DNA from: Lingula anatina
Taxonomy: Eukaryota > Animalia > Brachiopoda
DNA: 64,000 bases
NCBI GenBank assembly: GCA_051362555.1
Contig: CM120641.1
Coordinates: 8,246,001 to 8,310,000 of the forward strand
Direction of reading: 5' to 3'
This document shows, one piece after another, positions 11,852-23,800 of the stretch. Position 1 is the first letter of the stretch, and the number at the start of each line of letters is the position of its first letter. The notes under the pieces are model-generated. The model was given only the letters and a program-made list of their open reading frames with translations, did no database searches and was not told the DNA's origin. The translations under genes were made by a program, and so were the position numbers.

Positions 11852-14800
11852 ATGACAAGTGGTTTGATGAACCTGTCGCTCCTCAGCCGAGGAATCGGGG
11901 AAGTGCAACAAAATGGACACGAAAAAGTGGAGGTTAAACTTGAACCTGAGGTAGTTTTAATTAGTAAGCATTTTATGGTCAGAATTTTATATTGTATATA
12001 ATTAGATTTTGAATTATGGGCTATTTGGTGTGATGGCCCTGAAAGGATCGCCTTTATGGTTATTTGGCCTTTAACGTGTTGTTGCAGTTTGACGGTGATT
12101 ATTGCAAATAGAATGTAAATAAGAAAATTGTCAAAAGTAGTTTTTATCAGGATTATTACTGCCATTACGTGCAAAAAAGGAATAACTAATTTTTTTTCTT
12201 TTTTTTATGTGATGACTGATGAGCCTAATTTTTTCAATATATACACTGTCTATTTTGAACATTTCGAATAAACACATTTATTTATTAAGTATAGTTTTGT
12301 TGATGGAGCAAGCATCTTGTGAAGATGTGGTTTATACTATTTTTTTAGTAAATTATACTAAAATTTGACTGTAATGACTAGAAGAAAATAATTGGTTGAA
12401 ATAATGAATTAAATCCTAATTTTTAAAATACTCTGTACAACAGCAAGTGCTATTGGATGATTAGGATGTTGATCTGGTTGGTCAACACAACATGTTCCTA
12501 ACCGGGAGATGGACAATCGCTAAAGATGTCATAATTACTACCCTGTTACAAATCAAAAGGACTTTGTAATTACTGAGTTGGATAATCAATAAATTTTGAC
12601 TAGCGTTGTGAAGTAGAATAAAATGCAGTAGCCAGATTTTATTTACATGTATATCTGAAATCAATATTAGACTTTCAAGGTGCACTTGAAACGCAGACCA
12701 AAATCGATCAATGGAATAAATATATTTTTTCATACTTGTTAAGGGCTGTATATAATTGTATGTAATGTCAAAATGACTTTTCATTGACATGAGTCTTAGT
12801 TGTCCATAAGAGGGACATTGAATTCTTAGATGCCACCTTATTAAAGCATACAGTGATGCCCTAAATAATGTAATTCTTAGATCTAATAGAAGTGACAAAA
12901 GGCATTACATCTGAAGTGCTTGTACTAATGCATGATGGTGTGTTGAAACATTCGTACAAGTGTAATATTGACCGCAGGGTTGAATTAAAATTTAAAAGTA
13001 TATTTTGCAAATTTTGTGATTGTTTCTAATAGGAAGTAACAAAAATTTGCTTGTACAGTAAGAGATATGACTCAGATATTTTTTGTAAAGAGCTATTACC
13101 AGGAATTGTTTCTATTCATGTGTAAGCCCTTTGATAAGTATGCTTTTAGACCACACAGGGCTGATTACTTGGAACTAGTATTGATCAGTCTTACTGTGTA
13201 ATCTTCATTGCCTGGAAACTAGAAACATTTTTTGCCACAGCACATAAAATAAACTGGAAAAGATCAATAAAATGACTAGGGTGATTATTACAGATATGTT
13301 TTGATATGGAAATTAAATTAAAAGTGACCAGTTAGTAGATGATTTGTTTTGCCTGAATTAATTTATATGGAAGGTGCTTTATCTTTTTTTTTACACTTTG
13401 AAATGCTCAGGCATAAAAAGATTATATCTTAATTTAAACCGTTAAATTATAGAAATAACATGGCAATTTTTACACTCCAATTTATATCAATATTTTTAAA
13501 AATGTAATTTTAGGTATATTGTAAATTTGTGTAGCAGATAAGTATTGTTACACTTAACAAAAAATTACCAGAACGATCCAAATCTACATCTCTTTTCACC
13601 TTTGTCCACTTTTTGCAGCAATTTAGATATTTAGCAGTATTGGGGACAATAGAAAGAATTTCCCCTCTCCATTGATTTTTCCTTTCATAAAACTTTCTGC
13701 CACTTAATTCACTAATTAATGAGCAAGCATTTTACATGATGGTAGAAAATACGTAGAAATAAGGGAAGATACTGCAAAATTTCTATTAGCTTATGTTTTT
13801 TGACATTTTATGATTTAAATGTATACTTTAATTTTGTCTCCACAGGATTACTTCAATTGGGCAGATGATCCTAAAAGACTGTACCTCCCCCCTATACAAC
13901 CCAAAGTGGCCTTTGAATCACCAAGGTCCATGGGAAACAACAAGTCACCAAGAGAAACACATGAGGTGCATTTACCTAAAACTTTTACAACAAGGAAAGG
14001 AGCTCTTTTGTTATTCTCAGAAGACATGCTGCTTCACAGTAAACATGGACATGGGCACAGAAAGCACAGGAAAAGGAGGCATCATGTCCATTCTAAGAGC
14101 TTAGATGATATAGACTTCAGAACAGTGGAAGATTTTACAAAGTCCATATTAGCGTATGGAGGATCGGTGAGTATGAGTGAAACAGGATTACTAAAGGAAG
14201 AGTTAATTAATGCAGCTGTCATTAAATATTTCTAAGTAAGTGGTTATAACTTAGATTTGAGATTGCTCAAAAGACGAAATAATTCAATCAGCTTTTAACT
14301 AAATTTTTCAAAGAATTTTTTGTATAGCTACTTAATTTAACCTATTTTAAACTGTGAGAGTATGAGTACAAAAGTATATTATATTATATTATATTATATT
14401 ATATTATATTATATTATATTATATTATATTATATTATATTATATTATGTTATATTATATTATATTATATTATATTATATTATATTATAAGTGGTAGCCCC
14501 ACTATTTGTTCAGGTTAGAATATTTGAAGTCCAAATTTCTATACCATAGACATTCTTTAACAGTGCTAAAGTGCAGCTCTCAAGGAAAGAGTGACACATG
14601 CCTCACATAAACTTCAGGGTAAAAGTCTGCTACTTCCTCCAGTTTCACGTGAAATAGACTAGCTAGGTCATTTCATTTGGATGTGATTCAAGTCACAATG
14701 TCAGATATTTATTGTGTCATTGCAGTAATGTGCTGTATAAAAGAAGCAATCATGCATAAGCACCCATGTCCTACTATTTTGATCAGTTGTAACAATTTTC

Positions 14801-17800
14801 AGTTGTTAAAATTGTAATTTGATTTTTCCTGAAATAAGCATATACTAGTGAGCTTAGGGCAGGTAAGGTGCTCATGCACATGTCATGATGCAAGTGCACA
14901 TTCCTACATCCCCTCTTGTAAAACTCAGTGGAAAATGAAGCCTGGGCACTGTATCTGAAAATAATAATAATAATATATTTATTTCAAGTCTAAAATCCAT
15001 AAAATGTTCAATAGACTGTACAACATAAAATACAAAGAAGTTTATAGATAAAAATGGTTAAGATATATTTTATATAAATAAGAGCTAAACTAACTTAATT
15101 GTAATAAACAGTAATTAAAAGTAAAAAATCCAAGGTTTCTTTAAAATTATAAAATTTAAGATTCATGAATAAAATGTCTTAAAAATATGAGTTTTTAATT
15201 CCTTTTTAAAAGATTCTTGTGATTCTATTTGTCTAATAAAAATTGGCAACTTATTCCACTCTACTGGTGCAGCTACACAAAATGATATGTCACCACATGA
15301 TTTTAACCTTGATTTTGGAACTTTCAGTAAAAGTTTGTCACTAGACCTCAGGGATCTTTGAGGGCTATAATGTTTGACTAGATCAGTTATATATGGTGGA
15401 GCTAGATTATAAAAAGCAGCATGTGTAAAAACTAAAACCGTAAATAAAATTCTGGCCCTAACTGGTAACCAGTGCAGATGCTTTAAAATTGGAGTGATAT
15501 GGCAATCCCTAGGCTGTAGCATTAAAAGCCGTGCTGATATATTCTGGATGCGTTGTAATCTTTTGATCTTATCATCTGGACATCCATATAATATAGAATT
15601 GCAATAGTCTAGCCTGGAAGTTACCAATGAGTGTATAACAGTAGCAGCAGCAGATTGATTCAGATGTTTCCTTATGGTGCCAATATTCCGAATGTTGAAT
15701 AAACAAGACCTTGTGATGTTGGAGATCTGTTTGTCCATTGAAAGTGTAGAATCAAAGTATACTCCTAAATTTTTTACATGGGGGGAGGAAAATGCCATAC
15801 TAGCTCCAATTTTAAGTTGCAAGTTATGAGCAAGGCCCTTGTTGTGGGGTTGAGTAATGACTAAAAATTCTGTTTTTCCATCATTTATCTTCAATTTGTT
15901 TGAAATGAGCCAACCTCTGAGGTCTGATATGCAATCAACAATTGTGTGAAACAAAAATATTTCTCATGATATATGATTTGTAATATAATGTGAAGGACTG
16001 TACCCTTGAAAAGTTGCCAGATCATCATTCAGATTAACCCCCCTTTACCAGTGTAGAGCAGAAAATATTATTTTGTTGGTAGTGCTGTTGTTGACTCAGT
16101 CATTGTAGGTTGCTGTTTTGTTAATTCACACCGGAGGCTGATATTTGTCCCATATTTACTGATGTTTACTCATGGGCTACGAGTTATGCAGGCAGCTTAG
16201 TGTTCAACACTATGTAGGGCCTCTCCCAGTGTGTTTTGTTTGCATTTCATGCATGACATAAGTATTGTTTACTGTAATCCATTCAGCCCATACGCCATTA
16301 CAGAGGGCCTCTTACATTGCATTTCAGTTTAGGAAAAGAAAGGTAGAGAGTGGCCTTTTTAATGGAGTGCTTTTAGATTGCATTTCAGTTACTTAAAAGA
16401 AAAATAGAAAGTGCTCTGTTGGGGTCCTCTTTTCAGTTAGGCATTTGAATCGCAATTACAATACAATATATGTTTTCTAATGTTTGAAGTCTAGGAGCAT
16501 GGTAGAATAGGTCCTAGGGCGTGATAGGTTAAATGGAGGGATTTCTTGGCAATTATTACTTATTCTCATGAGTCTTTTTAGTGGTATATTTTCAACACAC
16601 AGGGAATGTACTGATTTGAACTTTCTGAATTTTTTTTCTATTCACGTTATACTGATGCCAACAACATTTGCTGTTGAGGTTGTAGCATTCCTTTGAAGAA
16701 AAAAGTGACAGTGCAAACAACTTCAAAAAATGACCAATAAGATGTTTGTGATTATAGCTATACGGATACATGCAACAAAGACTCAACAAAGTATTAGAAT
16801 ACTACTAACTGCAGTAAATACTTATGAAATCTAAAAACACACATGCATTTTTATAGCCTTATTCAGTGTCACTGTTGTTCATTGTCACATTTGCACTTTT
16901 GAAAACACCAAAAAAGCTATCTGTATCTCTCCAAATTGATATTAATTAATATAAATAGATTCATGCCAAGCTATCTTTACAAATTTGCTTATCTTTTTTG
17001 AATTTGCATTTTAAAGAAAATAATCAAAATTCCAAGGACAGTAGCCAAATGGCTTTATCCTTATTTTTCTATTCATTGATTCATTGTGAAAAGCACTCTG
17101 TCAGAACTCTTTAAATAGTTTAATTTTGACTTTTTGAGCATCTCTTCTACTTTGTTAAACCATTTCTCAATACAAATTGAAGGATTAGAAGTTGTGAAAT
17201 CAAATTTTCCCCTTGAAGTTGAAACTCTTTCTTCATAAAATATTTATCTTATTTTTTATCAGGGCAATGATCATATCAGCCTGAAATTTTTACGTCCAGG
17301 AATGAAGGACCTTCTTCAAGAACATATGATCCGTCCAGGTTTTTCAGCACGCCGTTATCTTTCCAGCTGGACTAAATGTTTAGATGACTCCGTGCTGGGA
17401 AAACTCACTAGTCAAGGTAATATTAGCAGCCTCTGTGATTGACTGCCATAAATTGAAGTTTTACTGTGCCAGTTACAAAAAAAAAAAAGTTTTATTGGCC
17501 TTGTCTTACTTTCCATGTTGATAAATTTTGAGGTTGCTTTTATATAAAGTACTTTTAAGATATATATCACGCCAATGTAATGGTCATGAATCAATAATAA
17601 ATATATACAAATGACTTTAAAAGTACACATGAAAAACTACTCAGTCATCTATAATACAATTGCATTTTGTTATCTCTGTTGGGTATTTTAGAGCCCATGT
17701 TGAGTTATGAATGGTTTTCTCCAGGTTTACTTAGTGACAAGAGTCTTACAGAGACCAACCCTCTCCTGCCGAACCTACGCAGGAGAATCAATGACAATCT

Positions 17801-20800
17801 GTCCCAGATACCAGGTCCTTACAGACTGATGAGACAAATGCTTATGTCTCCAGGGAGCCTGTCAGGGTACATGTTTTATAGAATGAGGCCAACCACACAA
17901 GAATCAGGTACATATGATTTAATTGGGAATTATCTTGGAAAAAGGCAATTGTATTTTCTTACTGATTTTGATTTTTAGAAATGTTTGGTTTTTAACTGGT
18001 GCATTTTACTATGTTTGCTCAGTTCCATACATTACAAGATCACTTTTATGCTAATTAAGCAGCTCCATTTCAGTTCAGTCATGCAAAAAGAAGTGTATGT
18101 GTAAGATTTTTAAATATTGGACTGCATTTTTTGTAACATGACCTCTGATTTTTTAACCAAATGGCCAGTTATTGTGTCCTATGATTAATAGGCAATTACT
18201 CTTTTATTTTAGCAATCTTAGAGGTCACAGAAAAAGATGTGACTTCAGGGGAATCCCCTGCAAGACCTGGAGATTCCGTCCAATCAAACCGTCCAGATAC
18301 TCGTGGCACGATAAAGATCTTCCGCCAAGAGGGGGGAGTGACTCAGGAAGTGGACTATGACGATTTAGATAAAAAGACTAAAGAACATGTTTTAACAGAT
18401 TTATTGGTCAAAAGTGCAATAAGTCATGCATTGAAAAAGCAACAGGTAAAATATAAACCAGGATTAATTTTAATAAGTCATGATTACAATCCTTCAGTTA
18501 TATATTCATATTTAGGAAAAATAGATATCAGAAGACACAGGAAAAAAAGTGATTGAAATCTGTTATGATACTATACCTGTTTTTAACAAGTATTTAATTT
18601 TACTCCAGGAAATGTACGAGAAATCACTGGCAGAGAAGAGAGCGAGTATATCAACAGACGCCACTGCATTTCATATGGCAGAAGCTATTGAGGTAAGTGT
18701 ACAAAAATAATAAGCTCGTTAAATATATATATATACTATGTAAAATATTCTCTACTTGAGTGAATCTTGCCTGTCACAAATTTTTACTGCAAGTTTATGA
18801 TGGGCAAATACTAAAAATGTGTGTAAAACTTCTAACAGTGGAATCATGATTCATTAGGCTTAAATCTACAGGTTTGAACTTTTATAATAATAATTGTAAT
18901 GTTAGTTATCTGTGTGTGAAAAATTTATTCACAAACTTGTCTCACTAACATGTTTTCAACTATTTTTAAAGTTTAAGTTAATATGCATTCAACAGTACAT
19001 CTTTACAAGTTTCTAATGTGTTACATAATACTAATTTGATGTAGCCATTAATGCTTACATTTTAAAAAAGTTTGATATAAACATATGTAATTATGCCCTT
19101 TTATTTTGATAATGAAAAAGCCATGGAGAAGAAACTTAACACAACTTATATATAATGGCTTAAAAGATATTAAGGTTTGTTACAAGCCAACTCTCCTTTA
19201 AAAATAAGAAATCATTAGAGTGTGCAGTGATTTGAAGATTGTATTTTTTATCATTCTCAACCTTACCTCTATCTCCCCAGAGTTCTCTCTTTACATTTGA
19301 GTTAATTTGTTTTTCACATAGATTTGTAGAACTCATATAGGATGTTTGGTTTCCAATTTGCTTATTCTACACTTTTGTCCAATTTTAACAGAATATCGTA
19401 TGATATATGGAACTATCAGATATACATTTTATGATTTATTTTTAGAAGTATATGTTAAGAGATATTTTAATATTTTAAAAAACTGTAGACACCATAACCT
19501 ACTACTAATTTGTCAGTGTGCTTAATAACTTTGGAATATAAATACATATACATCTCTTTTGGTAACCATTTCTTATCCTGTAATGCATGCCATTGAAAAC
19601 ACCTAAAATTTTAGATTCAGATTTAGTGCCTTTTATATTATTTATGTTAATGCATGACTGTAAGTTATCAATGTATGTACATACTAAATGTGAAGTCTTG
19701 ACACCCATTTTCTTGTATAATTTGTTCTTACCTTATTGAATTGTTTTTGCAGTCTGTGTGCATTGTAATGTTGGATACTTATTTTATGTACATGTAATTC
19801 ATAATTATTTAACTTCAGTTATGCATATGGTTTCATTAAATGGATGAATGAAAAATGAAAACTCTTTTTACTTATTTCCCCAAAATACCTACCTTGCAAA
19901 CACAGTCTAGAATCCACCCTGTCTATAAAGTATATTCAGTTTCTCTATATTTCAAGAATTGTTGTACTCATTAGTGCAGTTAATATCATAGACAGTATGG
20001 TGTAACTGGATAAAATGTTGTCTATCTCGTCATCCTACAAAATTCCTGAAAAACAGCCATTACTGTGTTACCCTAATTTTTGCAGTATTCAGTGTATGCA
20101 TGTATTGTATTTACACACTAAGTCCACAAATTATGAGGAACGTCAGTTTTTATGATGTCTTTCTATGATATATTTCAGAACCTTGTGAATGACAACAGCA
20201 ATCAGATAGTGATAGTGAAAGGCGCCAAGCCAGCACCACCTGAAGTAGCACCTAGTGAACAGAGTACTATGCAGCCCTCCTCAGGAGAAGGTGAGTTTTT
20301 CAGACAGGCTATTAGGCATAACTTCTACTCTGTCATTCAATTTTCAATTCACTCAATACACCCTTTAGTTATGAATAAGCAGCTCATTATTTATGAAGAG
20401 AGAATAACATAACATGGTTTTTCCTGGCCTCTTCATTATCTGTCATCATTCGAGATGAATATAGACCAGTAACAACATTCAGGTGGGAATTTTTTCCGAA
20501 AAATTTAATGACCAGACAAAAGGAATGGAAAAACGCCAGACATGCAGTAAAATAATAACTTTCCCAATGTTTTTGTAGTACAACAAAATATTAACTCAGT
20601 GAATGGAAATGCTGATGATGCAAGGGAAAAATAACAGAAATGCTTTCTAGAAAAGAGCATCTCTTTTTTCTTGCTCTTTTATTTTTGTTTAGCCTGGTGT
20701 TGACCAAACTTTTCATATCCTTGAGGAATGTTGATTGATTTTGGACTCCAATTCTTGTTTGCTCTCTTAAAGCATTACATGATATGCTCACTACATAAAT

Positions 20801-23800
20801 CAATTGACATTATGTGTATAGAAATGCCATGGGGTATACATTTCAGATTTTGTTTAACTTAAAGAGGCTGGATGTCAAATAAACCTAAGAAATATTTTTC
20901 CAATTGCAGCATACCTGGTTATGTTTCTTGTCTCCCAGGTAGACTGTGAGCAATTAGCTAACTTATTAAAACAGTAGCGAACACTTGGTTATGTAAAGAT
21001 GGACTTTCAATGGAGATTATTGACTCTCTGAAGCAATTTCATGCATGGTTGGAAAGAATTAAATAGATCAATCATTGGCAGTTTAAATGAGACGTTAGGT
21101 AACATTGATTCATTAAGCTCAATATGAGGTGGATTAATTACGGCACAGTGTGTATATTTGTCCAAGCCATTTAAATGCCCCATTTTAAAATGGCCTTTCT
21201 GTTTAAAAGAATTAAAACATATGTTTTAGACAAGAATTCTTACTTTCCTATCTTCATGTTTATATACATTGTATTCTCTAATTTTCTGTCTAACATCTTT
21301 CAGAATTTAAGTGTACACAGACAGTTTCTTATTTCAGTTTGATAAAATTGCAGATTATGCTATGTATTGAAATGTTGTTGAACATTTTATTACTGATTCT
21401 CGTATAGAAATCTGGACAAATAAATGAATAACCTAAACTTTGAATAACCAAAAAGAAAAAAATCCACAATGCAATTTATCTATTTATTGTTTCAGATCAA
21501 TCTGCTGGTTGGCCTGATATTAATGAACAAGATCTTAAAAAATCTTCTGGAAAAGGTAGTGCAGCTAGTTCAAAGATGTCTGCAGCTTCTCTCTCCAAAC
21601 TTCCTGCAGCAGCACCTGCTCCTTCAGTGGACATGCTGCCCTCTGCTGGGAAGGGGGAGTTTTCCAAAGCCCCAGTCTTGCCTCCCATTCAAGCTGGTCT
21701 TACAGCACAAGGTGAGAACATGAAATAGCCATTATATATATTTTACTGCAATCAGTGATGTAGAGCATTTTTATAATGTTTTAATTTGTTTTTAAAAAAT
21801 AATTTAATGAATGATATGAGATCATACGCAATTGATCATTAGTAGCGTCTTCATTATTTTAAACTACAACTATTCAGCATGTAGTCATCTTTACCTTAAA
21901 TATCATTGACATAGAGTATTGATTTTTATTTAGGACCTGGAGTTGTACCTCACGTCCATATCGAGCCTCCGACACCACAGCAGTCAATTCTTGCCTCCAG
22001 AGAGCAGACCAACCTCACCCGCACCGCCAGCCAGATGACCAATAGCAGGCTGGAGGAACATGATGGTAGGGTCATAATTAGTTGAGTTTTTATTGTTGTG
22101 ATATCCTGTATACACATTCAATTCATCTATTTAAGTATCTGTGCTCTATGAAGCAAGGAGTTGCAACTCCTTGTATGAAGTAACATGACATATTTTCAAA
22201 CTACATTATAGGAAGTTGAATATCAGCCAGTAACTCATTTTATCTCATTTTTTGAAAAGTATGCAGACATTTTGCTTAATTTTAAACAAATATTTAGTGA
22301 TACTGTGATAGTCAACAGTAAAATTGTAAAAGCTGGTATGTGAAAGTGGTTTTACTATGAGAAATTTGTTGAAATGTTTATATACATATAAACAAAAGAA
22401 AAGAATATTTAACATTTATGAATATATAATTGAACATTAAGTTTTGCTTAATTGTGTTATGTTATCTAGAGTGCATATTACCCCTAATACTAATCCAAAC
22501 AATATTACAGAAGAAGATGAGGGGTTGGAAGACCAAGAGGAGCAGGAGCAGTGGGCAACACATGTTGATGAGGAAGAAATAATGAAGAAAGCAAATGAGA
22601 AATCAGCTGAGAAGAAATCAAGAGTACCTCTCAGTGCAAGGAGCAGTAGAAGTAAAGGTAAAAAGGGTTATCATTATATTACAGAACAGTGAGGGTGGTA
22701 TTATTAAATTTAGAGGATTTGAAAATGCTTATGAGTTATAAAAACTGAAACTATATTAGAGGTAAGATCTTTGTCTGATTTAGAGAAAGTCACAATGGCC
22801 TTCAGCCTTCAGATATGCTGGGCAATTCTGTGAAATGCTATGTAATAAATTGAAGGTATTATACTAGAAATACATTGTATTTTAAAATACTTAAAAATGT
22901 CTTTACACCATTTGGCAATACATTCACATACAGAAACAGATAAAGTATCAAAATTGAGATATGGTGTATATGAAGGTAAACTGGTCTCTTTCATCTCACA
23001 GGGCCTATGGCTGTGGGAGGTCCCCACCTACACAGCAGTGCAGAGTCTCTCAGTGCTTCCCTGAACTCCCTGGATGACCTTCCCAGGGTGCACTCAGCAA
23101 GGTCAGGGTTCAAGGCCAGTCCTCTGGGTTCTGTGACAGGAAAAAGTGTATCTTCCAAGAAATGTAAGTTGAAGATGTTTACAGGTCAAGAAGATTTTTG
23201 TTTCGCTTTTTACCTCAAAGAGTTAACACACATGCTGAAAAAAGTTAAATTTAGAATGGGCATTATTCAGCTTAGTCCACCATCTTAACAAACGCAATTC
23301 ATCCAAAGGATTACATCTGGGTAGTGATTACTTAGTGAGCAGAATATTATTTTCTAGAGGTGAACTCCTGTTGGGCTGGTAACTTTCATCTAATGAAACA
23401 TTGCAATGCAAATACATTTTGCTCTTGTCTGTTTTGAACAACTGTTGACAGAGATTAGCACTTCATCTGAGTGTTTTCCAAGGTTATTTTAAGACTACCT
23501 CTCTGAAGTTCTTTTAAAAAGTTCACGGTCATTAAAATATTGTCACCTACTTCATAGCTATTGGAAGTGCCCAGAGCTATGCCAGCCATAGGAGTCACAA
23601 GAGTACAAAGAGTGATGATTCACATAAAGGCAGTGTGGTACTTCTGAATGGAGGAGCGCTGTCTATTGGTGGTGCTGTAATCATGAAACCCAAGGATTCT
23701 GAGGAACATCTGGCTGTGGAAGTAGGGGGAGGAGGTGGGTATACTGTGGTTTGTATGACTGTTGAGATGTATGCTATTTTGTGTGAGGCTCTACATTGTG

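Noticed and set aside
11731-12174. 147-aa minus-strand ORF
   Set aside because: Antisense shadow of KIAA2012 exon 1 and intron 1, with a non-ATG start and no motifs.
17033-17063. CAAGGA...TCCTTA as a further footprint candidate
   Set aside because: Imperfect arms and no flanking duplication.
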